Shown piece by piece: positions 36,104-47,500 of a stretch of DNA of 64,000 nucleotides. The notes under the pieces were generated by a model. It was given only the letters and a program-made list of their open reading frames with translations, did not search any database and was not told where the DNA came from. Within the stretch, counting starts at the first letter, position 1. Each line of letters begins with the position of its first letter. The position numbers and the translations under genes are program-made. The stretch is from assembly GCA_045652425.1 (NCBI GenBank), contig JAZRUG010000035.1:1853-65852 (forward strand), written 5' to 3'. The stretch comes from Eubacteriales bacterium (GTDB lineage: Bacteria; Bacillota; Clostridia; Oscillospirales; CAG-272).

Positions 36104-36132
36104 ATTATACTCTTTTGCCTTTAATATGTCAA
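36104..36132 (-). promoter_or_regulatory. Sigma-A promoter of rpsU
   Basis: Minus strand: TTGACA (36132-36127), a 17-nt spacer, then TATAAT (36109-36104). Confidence 0.7.
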
Positions 36133-36172
36133 TATTTTTTTAGCATTTTTTTGCAAAAAGTTGAAATTTTGA

Positions 36173-38578
36173 TTATTTAACAACCAAGTTAACAAGCTTT
36201 TTGGGTACAAATATCTCTTTTATTATGGTCTTGCCTTCAATAAATGGCTTTATTCTCTCGTCATTCTTAACTGCTTCAAGAGCATCTTCCTTGGAAATTT
36301 CTGCAGGTATCATTATAGTACCGCGAAGTTTACCGTTAATTTGTACGGCAATCTCAACTGTGCTGTCAACTGTCTTCGCTTCATCGTAAGTAGGCCATTC
36401 AGCTAATGAGCAGAAGCCCTTTCCGCCGAGCGATTCCCAAATCTCTTCGCAGATATGGGGAGCAAAGGGGCAGAGAAGCTTAACAAACGTCATCATCTCG
36501 TCTTTTGTAAGACTACCTTTATCGTAAATCTCGTTAGTCAAGGTCATCATAGCAGCTATAGCTGTGTTAAACTTCAATTCTTCAATGTCGCTTGTAACTT
36601 TCTTTATCGTCTTATGGAACGCACTTTCAAGTTCCTTTGTAACGCCTTCGCTGTTAATAATCTCGGTCATTGACGCAACTCTGTCGAGGAATCTCTTACA
36701 ACCCTTAACGCTGTTTTCTGACCAAGGAGCCGCACTTGCATAGTCGCCCATAAACAAAATGTATACACGAAGAACGTCTGCGCCGTATTCATCTACAACG
36801 TTGTTGGGATCTACTACGTTACCCTTGGATTTACTCATCTTGTCGCCGTCAGGTCCGAGAATAAGTCCCTGTGCAGTTCTCTTCGCATACGGTTCAGCCA
36901 TAGGAACAGCGCCGATGTCGTAAAGGAACTGATGCCAGAATCTTGAGTAAATCATATGTCTGGTTACGTGTTCCATACCGCCGTTGTACCAGTCAACAGG
37001 CATCCAGTATTCGAGTTTTTCTTTATCTGCAAACGCCTTGTCGTTGTGAGGATCGATGTAACGGAGGAAGTACCAAGAAGAACCTGCCCACTGCGGCATT
37101 GTATCTGTCTCTCTCTTTGCGGGAGCGCCGCACTTGGGACAAGTGCAGTTTACATAAGAATCTATCTTCGCAAGAGGCGATTCGCCGCCTTCTCCGGGTT
37201 CAAAGTTAGATACTTCGGGAAGCTTCAAGGGAAGTTCATCGTAAGGTACGGGAACCATTCCGCATACAGGACAGTGAACTATCGGGATAGGTTCGCCCCA
37301 ATATCTCTGACGGTTAAACGCCCAATCCTTCATTTTGTACTGTACGCCCTTTTCTCCAATTCCTTTTTCTTCTAAATATTCAAGTACCTTTGCAATAGAA
37401 TCTTTCTTGTTGGTATATCCGTTAAGGAACTCGGAGTTAACCATTTCGCCGTCGCCTGCATAAGCCGCTTCTTCGATGTTTCCGCCCTTTATTACCTCAA
37501 TAATATCAATACCAAACTTCTTCGCAAAGTCGTAGTCTCTTTCGTCGTGCGCGGGAACTGCCATAATAGCGCCTGTTCCGTATCCCATCATAACGTAGTC
37601 GGAAATGTATATCGGAATCTCTTTATTGTTAATGGGGTTAATAGCCGAAAGACCTTCAATACGTACGCCGGTCTTTTCCTTTACAAGCTGTGTACGTTCA
37701 AATTCTGTCTTCTTCGCGCATTCTTCTTTATATGCGTCAAGGTCAGCAATATTCTTAATTGATTCTCTGTATTTTTCGATTATCGGATGCTCGGGCGCAA
37801 TAACCATAAATGTAACGCCAAAAAGGGTATCGGGACGGGTAGTGTATATACGGAGTGTATCTTCCTTATCGGTAATTTTAAAGTTAACGAATGCACCGGT
37901 AGACTTACCAATCCAGTTAACTTGCTGCATCTTAATGTTGGGAAGATAGTCTACTTCTTCAAGGCCCTGAAGGAGCTTGTCTGCATATTCTGTAATACGG
38001 AGATACCAAACGTCCTTCGATTTCTGTACTATATCTGTGTGACATATATCACACTTTCCGCCCTGTGAGTCTTCGTTTGAAAGAACAACCTTACAGTGAG
38101 GGCAGTAGTTTACAAGGGCTGTATCTCTGAATACAAGTCCGTTTTCAAACATCTTGAGGAATATCCACTGTGTCCACTTATAGTAATCCTCTTGTGTAGT
38201 ATCAACGGTTTTTGACCAGTCAAAAGAAAAACCTACTCTCTTGAGCTGATCCGTAAATCTTACGATATTATCATCAGTAACCTTTCTGGGATGTATACCT
38301 GTCTTTATTGCATAGTTTTCGGTAGGCAAACCAAACGCGTCAAAGCCGATAGGGAAGAGTACGTTGTAGCCTTCCATTCTTCTTTTTCTTGAAATAACTT
38401 CAAGACCTGAATATGCTTTGATATGTCCTACGTGCATACCTGCACCGCTGGGGTAGGGGAATTCTACCAAGCCGTAAAATTTCTTTTTCGTTTTGTCAGA
38501 ATCGTCAGCAATAAAGATTCTTTCATCTTCCCATCTTTTTTGCCATTTCTTCTCTGTTTCGGAAAAGTTATATTTCAT
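36173..38578 (-). CDS. leuS: Leucine--tRNA ligase
   Basis: HIGH region PYPSGAGMHVGH and KMSKS (DKMSKSKGNVV). Start set at ATG 38578 (MKYNFSETEKKWQKRW). Confidence 0.98.
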   Translation of the reverse strand: MKYNFSETEKKWQKRWEDERIFIADDSDKTKKKFYGLVEFPYPSGAGMHVGHIKAYSGLEVISRKRRMEGYNVLFPIGFDAFGLPTENYAIKTGIHPRKVTDDNIVRFTDQLKRVGFSFDWSKTVDTTQEDYYKWTQWIFLKMFENGLVFRDTALVNYCPHCKVVLSNEDSQGGKCDICHTDIVQKSKDVWYLRITEYADKLLQGLEEVDYLPNIKMQQVNWIGKSTGAFVNFKITDKEDTLRIYTTRPDTLFGVTFMVIAPEHPIIEKYRESIKNIADLDAYKEECAKKTEFERTQLVKEKTGVRIEGLSAINPINNKEIPIYISDYVMMGYGTGAIMAVPAHDERDYDFAKKFGIDIIEVIKGGNIEEAAYAGDGEMVNSEFLNGYTNKKDSIAKVLEYLEEKGIGEKGVQYKMKDWAFNRQRYWGEPIPIVHCPVCGMVPVPYDELPLKLPEVSNFEPGEGGESPLAKIDSYVNCTCPKCGAPAKRETDTMPQWAGSSWYFLRYIDPHNDKAFADKEKLEYWMPVDWYNGGMEHVTRHMIYSRFWHQFLYDIGAVPMAEPYAKRTAQGLILGPDGDKMSKSKGNVVDPNNVVDEYGADVLRVYILFMGDYASAAPWSENSVKGCKRFLDRVASMTEIINSEGVTKELESAFHKTIKKVTSDIEELKFNTAIAAMMTLTNEIYDKGSLTKDEMMTFVKLLCPFAPHICEEIWESLGGKGFCSLAEWPTYDEAKTVDSTVEIAVQINGKLRGTIMIPAEISKEDALEAVKNDERIKPFIEGKTIIKEIFVPKKLVNLVVK

Positions 38579-38626
38579 AATCGCTGTCCTTACGCCTTTC
38601 AATAGTAGTCTTTATTTCAATGTTTT

Positions 38627-39007
38627 TTATATCAAAAGATCCGATATGTCAATGTTTTCCGCGTCGCTCCAAAGTTTTTCCAACTTGTAAAACTCTCTTG
38701 CTTCTCTGCAGAAAATGTGTACTATAACCGAACTGTAATCGAGAACTGTCCAGCTTGCTTCGTTGTAACCCTCAATATGATGGGGCTTAATTCCGTTTTC
38801 TTCGAGTTTCTCTTCAACTTCGCCCGCAAGTGCGCGTACTTGAGTATTGGAATTACCGCCGCATATTACAAAATAATCGGCAAGTACCGTCTTATCTTCA
38901 ATTCTGATAAGTTTTATATCCTTTGCTTTCTTCGCATCAAGTGTTTTTATTATAAAATTTGCTACTTCACGAGAATTGTTTTCGTTTATTATGTTTTCTG
39001 TGTTCAT
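38627..39007 (-). CDS. rsfS: Ribosome silencing factor RsfS (iojap family)
   Basis: VLADYFVICGGNSNTQVRALAGEVEEKL...WTVLDYSSVIVHIF. Start set at ATG 39007. Confidence 0.9.
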   Translation of the reverse strand: MNTENIINENNSREVANFIIKTLDAKKAKDIKLIRIEDKTVLADYFVICGGNSNTQVRALAGEVEEKLEENGIKPHHIEGYNEASWTVLDYSSVIVHIFCREAREFYKLEKLWSDAENIDISDLLI

Positions 39008-39023
39008 ACTAAACCTTTCTTTT

Positions 39024-40232
39024 TTAAACTCTTGGTATTGTAATACTGCCATGGTTAATATCGTCGGCACTTTGCTCGTTACCGCCGGTAACGTTTTCCG
39101 GTTCAGCATTATAATACGGTGTTAGATATGTCGCATATTTGTTACCGGAGAATAGTTTCTTTGCATCAAATATAGAATCTGTAATTTCAAAATCATAAAT
39201 ATTGAAGTGTTGATTTATCAGTTGGAGTGTTCCTTTGCGGTTAATTACAAAATACCATCCTCCGTTTTCGGGGGGGACCGGAGAAGATCCGGGCGCACTC
39301 ATAAAGGTCATCTTTTCCATATCCACTTCAAGTAAATTTTTGCCGAAATATACCATATCGCTTAAATCTACGTCGGTTTTTACGTTCTTAAACACTTCAT
39401 TCGTAAGTTTTACTACGTTGGTTGCATTGATATTGCTTTTCACCTTTTTCAAAAGTGCGCTCATAAATATCTTTTGAGCGTCCATTCTTCCTATATCTGC
39501 CTGAACGTAACCCATTCTGTAACGAACAAACATTTCTGCTTTTTCGCCGTTTAGAGTTTGTTTACCCTTTTTTAAGTTAATGTTAAGACCTTGATCTTTA
39601 TCAACGTAGTACATATTTGCCGGAATATCTACTTCAACTCCGCCCAATATATCAACTATATTACGGAAACCGTTAAGGTTTACCATTGCATAATAATTAA
39701 TTTTTACGCAAAGATTTTGTTCCAAAAGTGTTTTCAATTTATTGATTCCGTAATCTTCGGGATCTTTTTCTTTCTTTGAAACAGCCTCGTTATAGTAATG
39801 TCCGTATACTCCGTTTAGTTTGAAGCCTATATTGTTAACCAAAACGTAGGTATCTCGGGGAATTTGCATTATAGTTAACTTCTTTGACGTAACTTTGTAA
39901 TTCATCAACATAATTACATCCGTGTTTAATGCAACTCTGTCTCTGCCGAGAATAAGGAAATTGAACATTTCTTCCTTTTCTTCAGGATCTTCATTAGCCT
40001 GTTCTTTCGTTTGTTCTGGATCCTTATCTTCTTCGTCTAAAACAGTTTCATCTGTTTCGTTCTTAAGTCCTTCTGTGTTGAAAACTACCTCGTCATTATT
40101 ATTGTCGGGAGTGTGAAAAGATACCGTATAAACGGCAATTGCAGCTATTGCCGCGATAGCTGTCAATACAATGGCTAAAATTATTAATCCTATTTTTCTT
40201 CTTTTCTTTTTCGTACTCATTTTATTCTCCAT
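39024..40232 (-). CDS. LytR-CpsA-Psr (LCP) family protein, paralog 1
   Basis: Basic N-terminus, a single TM, an acidic linker, then LCP core motifs FNFLILGRDRVALNTDVIMLM and MQIPRDTYV. Confidence 0.88.
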   Translation of the reverse strand: MENKMSTKKKRRKIGLIILAIVLTAIAAIAAIAVYTVSFHTPDNNNDEVVFNTEGLKNETDETVLDEEDKDPEQTKEQANEDPEEKEEMFNFLILGRDRVALNTDVIMLMNYKVTSKKLTIMQIPRDTYVLVNNIGFKLNGVYGHYYNEAVSKKEKDPEDYGINKLKTLLEQNLCVKINYYAMVNLNGFRNIVDILGGVEVDIPANMYYVDKDQGLNINLKKGKQTLNGEKAEMFVRYRMGYVQADIGRMDAQKIFMSALLKKVKSNINATNVVKLTNEVFKNVKTDVDLSDMVYFGKNLLEVDMEKMTFMSAPGSSPVPPENGGWYFVINRKGTLQLINQHFNIYDFEITDSIFDAKKLFSGNKYATYLTPYYNAEPENVTGGNEQSADDINHGSITIPRV

Positions 40233-40235
40233 TTT

Positions 40236-41483
40236 TTATACGTGTGGGATGTAAATTGAATCATTGTTAAGGTCGTTTGCATTGTGGGGATCAGATGTCG
40301 AAATATTTGGGTTTGTATATATGCTGTTAAAATGTGAAAAGTTTGCCGTGTTTGTAAATATGCGGTCTGTGTCAAATATGGAATCTGTTATTTCAAAATC
40401 ATATATGTTGAAATAAGTATTTATCATTTCTCTCATATTTTTTCTGACCATAACGTAGTATGAAATTCCGTCGCCGCTCGTACTTCTGCCTACCATGGAC
40501 ATCATATTGATTTGTCCAAGGTTAACTTCAAGTAATTGTTTTCCGTAAAAAACAGCGTCTGCTAAATTCACGTCGGTTTTTACGTATTTAAACGCTATAT
40601 CTACAAAATTGGTTATAGTTGATACTGTGAAATTTGATTTTAGTTTCTTTATAAATGCGCTGACAAAAAGTTTTTGTGCATCAATTCTGCCTATATCGGC
40701 TTGGGTATATATCGAACGGGTTCTTATAAAGTGTTCGGCTTTTATTCCGTCCAAATGTTGGAGTCCTGCGGGAACTGTTACAATTTGTTTTGTAGCTTCA
40801 TCAATGTATTTGTAACTTACAGGTACTTTTACATCAACGCCGCCTATAGCATCTACTATGGCAACAACGCCGTTAAGGTTTATATGTCCTACGTTGTGTA
40901 TCTTTATACACAAGCTTTGCTCTAAAGTATCTGCCATACTTCTTAATGCTTCAGGTGTCTTCTTGCCGTTTTTTATATAGTATTGAGCATATAGTCCGTT
41001 AAGTTTGCCCGAATATACTTTAGTGCGTATATAAGTATCTCTCGGTAATTGTAAGATATTTATTTTGTTTGTGGTCGTATTAAAGCTTATAAGCATTATA
41101 ACGTCTGTATTTAATGCTACTCTGTCTTGCCCTACAAACAAGAAATTGTATATCTTTTGTTCGCTTCTTGGGAGACTACCGGGATCGGTTTCCGGAACGG
41201 TCTCGGGGGGGAGCGTTTCAACAGAAGTTTCGTTTTCAACAGTTTCTTCCGTTGTTTCCGGCGGTGTCGTTTCATCTAAACTACCTGTATCAAATGGGGG
41301 AGGCTCGTTTATGCCGGTATCGGGTTCGTGAAAATAAAACGTATATGCAACTACTCCGCCTACCGATATAAGTGCTATCAAAATTATCGCAAGAATAATC
41401 AAGCCTATTATTTTGCGTAATCTTTTTGGGGGGGATGTGTTTTGAGTAGGTGTTTCTGTTTTTTGCTTTTTGCGGTTGTTCAT
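40236..41483 (-). CDS. LytR-CpsA-Psr (LCP) family protein, paralog 2
   Basis: Same architecture as paralog 1: YNFLFVGQDRVALNTDVIMLISF and LQLPRDTYI, with a Pro/Glu/Thr-rich linker. Confidence 0.88.
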   Translation of the reverse strand: MNNRKKQKTETPTQNTSPPKRLRKIIGLIILAIILIALISVGGVVAYTFYFHEPDTGINEPPPFDTGSLDETTPPETTEETVENETSVETLPPETVPETDPGSLPRSEQKIYNFLFVGQDRVALNTDVIMLISFNTTTNKINILQLPRDTYIRTKVYSGKLNGLYAQYYIKNGKKTPEALRSMADTLEQSLCIKIHNVGHINLNGVVAIVDAIGGVDVKVPVSYKYIDEATKQIVTVPAGLQHLDGIKAEHFIRTRSIYTQADIGRIDAQKLFVSAFIKKLKSNFTVSTITNFVDIAFKYVKTDVNLADAVFYGKQLLEVNLGQINMMSMVGRSTSGDGISYYVMVRKNMREMINTYFNIYDFEITDSIFDTDRIFTNTANFSHFNSIYTNPNISTSDPHNANDLNNDSIYIPHV

Positions 41484-41484
41484 T

Positions 41485-42081
41485 TCAATCTCCTGTTTTC
41501 TTTACGAATGAGTTATAACATTCGATGGTTTTGGGGTGAATAAACTCACCCTTTTCCAGCAGATCCGATATAGTGTATTTTAGGGATAAAACTATTGTTT
41601 CGTTAAGTCTTTTGGTTATATCGCAGGTGTTGGTATAAAAATATTCGCGTAGTTTCTTACAGTCTTCAAACTTTCTTGTCGGTTCGATATAGTCGGCAAG
41701 ATATAAAAGTTTTTCTGTTAAGGTCATATTGGCTCTGCCCGTCGTGTGATATCTTACTGCAGATATTATTTCTTTCTCTGCATACCGAGGAAAATCTCTC
41801 ATTATCAGGGCAGGGGCTGTAAATGAATGGAGGGTTTTCGGTGAATTTAATGTATCTTCCTCCACCTCAATCTTCATTGTTTTGCACAGCAATAATTGGT
41901 TTTCAATCGGCATCTCTTTCGTTATATCGTGCAAATATGCCGCTGTTACCAGTTTTTCTTCGTTTACATCAAAAAGTTTTGCCAAACTTTTACACTCATT
42001 TACTACGGAAATAGTATGGTTATATCTGTATTCAGACATAGAGCTACGTATTTCTTTTTCAAGATCAAACATTATGTTCAC
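41485..42081 (-). CDS. yqeK: HD-domain bis(5'-nucleosyl)-tetraphosphatase YqeK
   Basis: 198-aa ORF with the HD motif AAYLHDITKE. Conserved position after nadD, overlapping its 3' end. Confidence 0.85.
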   Translation of the reverse strand: MNIMFDLEKEIRSSMSEYRYNHTISVVNECKSLAKLFDVNEEKLVTAAYLHDITKEMPIENQLLLCKTMKIEVEEDTLNSPKTLHSFTAPALIMRDFPRYAEKEIISAVRYHTTGRANMTLTEKLLYLADYIEPTRKFEDCKKLREYFYTNTCDITKRLNETIVLSLKYTISDLLEKGEFIHPKTIECYNSFVKKTGD

Positions 42082-42697
42082 CGTATAAATCGTACTTATC
42101 TATAAAAGTTCTTACGTCGGGAGGGAGAAGATAAAATGTATTTTCTCCTCGCTTTATCTTTTCTCTTATCTCGGTTGACGACAGTTCTATCGGTGCCATC
42201 GGCACGTCAATAATTCTTGCGCCGTATCTTTCTTTGAGTTTTTCTTTTGTTTCAAGTATTTCTTCCGATTCATCGTAAGTACCCGGTCTTACTATATGCG
42301 CAATCTTCGCGAGTTCAAAGATCCTTTCGGCATTTTTCCAATATTCAAGATTGAGAAAATTGTCCGTTCCGCATAACAGAGTCAAGTCTTTTGATATAAA
42401 ACTGAAATGTTCTAAAGTCTTATAAGTATAGCTTATTTCTTGGTTGCGGATTTCAAAATCGGATACGATTATTTTATCGTTATAAAAGGGAAGAGGGCTG
42501 AAAGCTATCTTCAGCATCTGTAATCTCATCTGGGGATCATCACCCGCGCACAACATCTTGTGTGGGGGAAGGTAGTTCGGCATTATAAACAGTCTGTCAA
42601 GATCACATGCTGTCAAAAAGGCAAAAGCCGAGCGAATATGTCCCAGATGTACGGGGTCAAACGTGCCGCCGTATATACCAATCTTTACGTCACTCAT
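42065..42697 (-). CDS. nadD: Nicotinate-nucleotide adenylyltransferase
   Basis: IYGGTFDPVHLGH motif. Confidence 0.93.
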   Translation of the reverse strand: MSDVKIGIYGGTFDPVHLGHIRSAFAFLTACDLDRLFIMPNYLPPHKMLCAGDDPQMRLQMLKIAFSPLPFYNDKIIVSDFEIRNQEISYTYKTLEHFSFISKDLTLLCGTDNFLNLEYWKNAERIFELAKIAHIVRPGTYDESEEILETKEKLKERYGARIIDVPMAPIELSSTEIREKIKRGENTFYLLPPDVRTFIDKYDLYGEHNV

Positions 42698-42701
42698 ACT
42701 C

Positions 42702-42992
42702 TTAAATAAGTTCTATTTTCTTGTTCTTCTTTGATTCGCGGTAAAGAACAAAACGTGTTCCTACCGTTTGTATAACATCTGCCGATACAATTTCCGCTAT
42801 TTCGTCGGCAGCTTCTCTTGCGGTATATCCCGAATTATCAAGCACGCGAAGTTTTATTAACTCTCTTGCTTCAAGCGCATTTGAAATCTGTTCGGTCATA
42901 TTTTCGTTTATTCCGCCTTTGCCTATCTGGAATATCGTATCTAAATGAACTGCGAGTGAGCGCAGGTATGCTCTTTGTTTTGATGTAAGCAT
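42702..42992 (-). CDS. yhbY: YhbY/CRM-domain ribosome-assembly RNA-binding protein
   Basis: 96-aa ORF, MLTSKQRAYLRSLAVHLDTIFQIGKGGI... Confidence 0.85.
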   Translation of the reverse strand: MLTSKQRAYLRSLAVHLDTIFQIGKGGINENMTEQISNALEARELIKLRVLDNSGYTAREAADEIAEIVSADVIQTVGTRFVLYRESKKNKKIELI

Positions 42993-43008
42993 TACTTCGT
43001 TCCTTTTT

Positions 43009-43620
43009 TTATTTCAAATTAAATTCTTTTGCTTTTTTCTCAAATTCAGCTTTGAAAGCGTCCATTGCCATCCCTCTGTGGCTGATTGAATTCTTTTCTT
43101 CGGCTGAAAGTTCGGCAAAAGTCTTGCCGAAAGGCTCATAGAAAAAGTAGGGATCATAGCCAAAGCCGTTCGTTCCTGCTGCCTTTTCTGTAATAAAACC
43201 TCCAACTTTACCGTTTGTCTTTATTTCATAATTTTGTTCGGGGAATATACATACAACGTTTGAAACAAAGCTTGCGCTTCTTTTTTCTTTTGGAAGTCCT
43301 TTTAATTTTTCTTGCAGCAGCCTATTGTTTTCATCATCTCCGCCGCCTGAAAATCTTGCAGAGTGAACACCCGGTGCACCGTTTAATGCATCTACGCAAA
43401 GTCCCGAATCGTCGGCAATCGTTATATAACCTAACTTTGCACCTACCGAGGCTTTTATTCTTGCGTTGTCTTCAAAAGTTTCTCCGTTTTCTTCTATATC
43501 GTCAAAAACGCCTATGTCGTCAAGCGAAAGTATTTTAACAGATACACCGTTTATTTGGGACATCATAGTTTGAAGTTCGGCTATCTTTTTCTTATTTCTT
43601 GATGCTAAAACTATTTCCAT
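43009..43620 (-). CDS. rdgB: Non-canonical purine NTP pyrophosphatase RdgB/HAM1
   Basis: 203-aa ORF with MEIVLASRNKKKIAEL, DDSGLCVDALNGAPGVHSARF and GTNGFGYDPYF. Confidence 0.92.
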   Translation of the reverse strand: MEIVLASRNKKKIAELQTMMSQINGVSVKILSLDDIGVFDDIEENGETFEDNARIKASVGAKLGYITIADDSGLCVDALNGAPGVHSARFSGGGDDENNRLLQEKLKGLPKEKRSASFVSNVVCIFPEQNYEIKTNGKVGGFITEKAAGTNGFGYDPYFFYEPFGKTFAELSAEEKNSISHRGMAMDAFKAEFEKKAKEFNLK

Positions 43621-43631
43621 AAATCCACCCT

Positions 43632-44537
43632 TTATTCAAACAAAGCCTTTACAAAATCGTCTGCGGAGAAGGGTTGCAAATCGTCTATTTTTTCTCCTAC
43701 GCCGATATATTTTACGGGGATATCAAGTTCATTTTTTATTGAGAACACAATACCGCCCTTTGCAGTTCCGTCAAGTTTTGTCAAAACAAGCCCCGTAATA
43801 TCTGCGGAATTCTTGAATTCTTTTGCTTGTCTTACCGCATTTTGGCCTGTCGTCGAATCGAGTACGAGCAACGTTTCTCTTGAAGCATCGGGAAGTTCTC
43901 TTCCAATTACGCGGTTTATTTTCGCAAGTTCGTCCATAAGGTTCTTCTTGTTGTGAAGTCTGCCCGCCGTATCTATTATAAGTACATCGGCTTTTCTGCT
44001 CTTTGCTGCAGAAACTGCGTCAAATACAACTGCCGCGGGGTCAGAACCTTCTGAATTCTTTATTAAGTCTGCGCCTGCTCTGTCAGCCCATATCTGTAGC
44101 TGGTCAATCGCTGCCGCGCGGAACGTATCTCCTGCTGCAAGTACAACCTTTTTACCTGAAGATATAAGGTGGTGTGCTATCTTCGCAATTGAAGTCGTCT
44201 TTCCAACTCCGTTTACGCCGATAACAAGTATAACGGCAGGTGTGGTAGATAGGTCAAGCTGTTCACCTTCGCCTATCATTCCCTTTAATATTTCAATCAA
44301 GGCTGCTTTAGTTTCTTCGGCATCTGAAAGGCGTTCATCTTTTATTCTTTCGCGAAGTTTTTCTATAATCTCTTCGGTCGATTCAAAGCCTACGTCTGCA
44401 GCAATAAGCAGTTCTTCAAGCTCTTCAAGCAGGTCTTCATCAACCTTTACAAATGCTTTGAAAAGGTTGTTTACCTGCCCGAATATTGATGATTTTGTCT
44501 TTTCAAGACCGTTTTTCAGTTTTTCGAAAAATGACAT
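43632..44537 (-). CDS. ftsY: Signal recognition particle receptor FtsY
   Basis: 301-aa ORF with the NG domain, [14 protein letters not shown] and [10 protein letters not shown]. Confidence 0.96.
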   Translation of the reverse strand: MSFFEKLKNGLEKTKSSIFGQVNNLFKAFVKVDEDLLEELEELLIAADVGFESTEEIIEKLRERIKDERLSDAEETKAALIEILKGMIGEGEQLDLSTTPAVILVIGVNGVGKTTSIAKIAHHLISSGKKVVLAAGDTFRAAAIDQLQIWADRAGADLIKNSEGSDPAAVVFDAVSAAKSRKADVLIIDTAGRLHNKKNLMDELAKINRVIGRELPDASRETLLVLDSTTGQNAVRQAKEFKNSADITGLVLTKLDGTAKGGIVFSIKNELDIPVKYIGVGEKIDDLQPFSADDFVKALFE

Positions 44538-44569
44538 ATACTAAACCTTTCTGAATATCAAAATATGTA

Positions 44570-47500
44570 CTATTCGAGTTTAACGCCGAGTTTATCTTCA
44601 ATATCACGTACGTTAACTGCGAGTACTTTTGAAATACCCTTTTCGTACATGGTTACACCGTAGAGCGTATCTGCTGATTCCATCGTACCTCTTCTGTGGG
44701 TAATCATAATAAACTGGGTTGCATCTGAATATTTTCTTGCATATTCTGCAAATCTTACAACGTTAACTTCATCGAGCGCTGATTCTATTTCGTCGAAAAT
44801 GCAGAACGGCGTGGGATTAACTTTCAGTATCGCAAAGAAAAGGGCAATAGCAACGAATGCTTGTTCGCCGCCCGAAAGAGAAACAAGGTTCTTAATTATC
44901 TTTCCGGGAGGAGCTACGTTGATATCGATACCACTTGTCAATACGTCATCGGGATTGGTGAGTATAAGTTCTGCCGTACCGCCGCCGAACAGTTCGCGGA
45001 ATACAGTCTTAAAGTGCATATTAACGTCTTTCATCGTCTGTGAGAACTTGTCGCGCATTTCCGCTTCAAGTTTAACGATAATATCGGTAAGCTGTTTTTC
45101 TGCGTTTTCAAGGTCGGTTATCTGCGTGTGCATAAAGTCGTATCTTTCTTTTACTTCTTTATACTCGTCTATAGCGCTGACGTTAACGTGGCCGAGACCT
45201 TTAAGTTTACCCTTATATTCTGCCAGTTGTTTTGACAGTTCGCTTCTGTTTTCGTTCGTAACCTCGGGGAGCGGAAGTTCTGCTGCTGCTGAATAGGTGA
45301 GTTCATATTCTTCCCAAATGCGTTCGCTCGATTTGTCGAGGTCATTTTTCAGCTGCTGACAAAGTCCCTCAAGTTTTGTATAAGATCTGAATACAAGCTC
45401 TCTGTCGTTTGTCTTTTCTTTAATCTTTACGCGCAGGTCATTAATTTTTTTCTCGTATTCGTCGTTCTTTTCCGTATAATCTCCCTTTTCTTTTTCAAGG
45501 GCAGATATAGTGTTAAGAACTTCCGAAAGCGATTCTTCAGTAGTCGTAATCTTCGTTTCGGCAACCGTCTTCTTGTTTTCCAAAGATTCAAGCTCGTTTT
45601 TACCCAAAGAAATACGTTCTATAAGTGATACGTACAAAGCTTCGGTAGATTCAACGTTCTTCTGGAGGTTTTCCATATCTTTTCTGTCTTCTGTTAGACG
45701 GATAACCGAGTTGCTGTTTCTTTCGCGCAAAGTTTCAATTTCCGTATTCTTTGCCGCAATATCGTTCTTTATAATATTTTGTGTATTTTTTCCTGCTTCG
45801 ATAAGGGCGTTGATTTCTTTTAATTCTTCGTCTATCTTCTGCTTCTTTTCGCGATAAAAATCATCTGCTCTTTCGAGTCTGTCAAGCTCACCCGATAATT
45901 CGGATAAGTTCTTTTCGTCAGCCGAAAGCTGTGATTTCAAAACTTCGTATTGAGTGTTTTCTGCATTAAGGAGTGAATTAAGCAGAGAAGAATTGCCTAT
46001 GTGTGAATCGCGCTTTCTTATAAGCGCTTCTTTTTCCTTGTTGACGCCTTCTATTTCATTGTTAACTGCTTCTGCATCTTTGGCAAGTTTTTCGCAGTCT
46101 TTCTTCAATCTTTCAATCTCGGAAACACGGGTAAGCATACCGCTGTCCTTCTTTGAAGAACCGCCCGTATATGAACCGCCCGCATTTATAAGCTGACCGT
46201 CAAGCGTTACAAGTCTTACCTTATAATTCAACTGCTTTGCGGCAGTACTTGCGTTGTCGATAGTGTCAAAAACAACCGTTCTGCCAAGCAAGAATTCGCT
46301 TACTATGCGGAACTTGTCTTCGCAATCCGTAAGCTCGCTTGCAACTCCAATATAGCCTTTCATAGAAGATATAGTCTTTATATCAACATTCAGCTTCTGT
46401 ACTTGGATAGAAGTTAACGGATAGAACGTAGCTCTGCCCGCATTTCTTTCTTTGAGAAGGGCAATAGCTTTCTTCGCAGAATCTTCGTCCTTTACAACTA
46501 TATTCTGCAAATTGCCGCCCAATGCTGTTTCTATCGCAACGGTATATTGTCTGTTAACGTTTATAAGCTTTGATACGGGACCGTATACTCCGCCGAGAGT
46601 GCCTTTTGTGCTTTCGTTCATAACGAAACGAACGCTGTTTGCATAACCCTCAAAATGCTCTTCCATACGCGCCAATGCTTCTGCTCTCTGCTTCTTTGAC
46701 GCCATATCGATATATAAAGAATTGAGCTTGTCGTTCAGTTCTTTGGTTTTTGTTTCAAGGGATTGAATAGCGGCCTCTGCCTCATCTGCATTCTCCTTGG
46801 CTTCATCGGCTTTTTGTTTATAGCCCAAAACAGTCTTTTCTGCCTTGCTTGCTCTGTCTTCAAGAAGTGCCATAGCTTCTTTCAGTTCTGCTATTTCAAT
46901 TTTTAAGGATTCACATCTTTCATCTTCACTCTTCCTTGAACCCGAAAGGGAAGAAAGTTCGATTTGCTTGGCTACAACTTCATCTTCTTTTAGTCTGATT
47001 ATAGCTTCTGCCTGTTCAAGCTTGTTTTCAAGCTCGACAAGTTCAAGCAAGCCCTTTTCAAGCATTTCATCGGCAGACGTTCTTTCTTCTTCCGAACGTG
47101 TAAGAGCGTTTTTCAGTTCTTCTAACTTAACTTTCGCTTCTTCTAAAGATTTTTCGGTATTATTCTTTTCTTCCGTGCGGAGAGTAAGTTCGTTTTCTGC
47201 TTGTAATTTTAACTGACCGATATGCTCGATGTCGTTCTTGAGAACCTTTAAGTTACTTTCAAGGCTGTATCTCTTGTCGTTTGCAAACTGAAGCTCGTTT
47301 GAGTTCTTTTCTGTCTTTATCTTATTTTCTTGGGAAGCCTGAAAAAGTCTTTCGTTTTGATTTTCCAAAGACTGTATCGTTTCGTCTGCTATTTCAAGTT
47401 CCTTTCCGGAAAGCACGTAATCGTTTTCAGCCTTGTTGAGTTTTTCTCTTAATTCTTTTGTATCGTAAAGCCAAAGGGCGATATCTGCGTTTTTCTTCTT

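Noticed and set aside
44799-47216. Several 60-165-aa Ser-rich plus-strand ORFs
   Set aside because: They are mirror frames of the Glu/Lys/Leu-rich coiled-coil region of smc. The Ser/Phe-rich products are the expected artefact.
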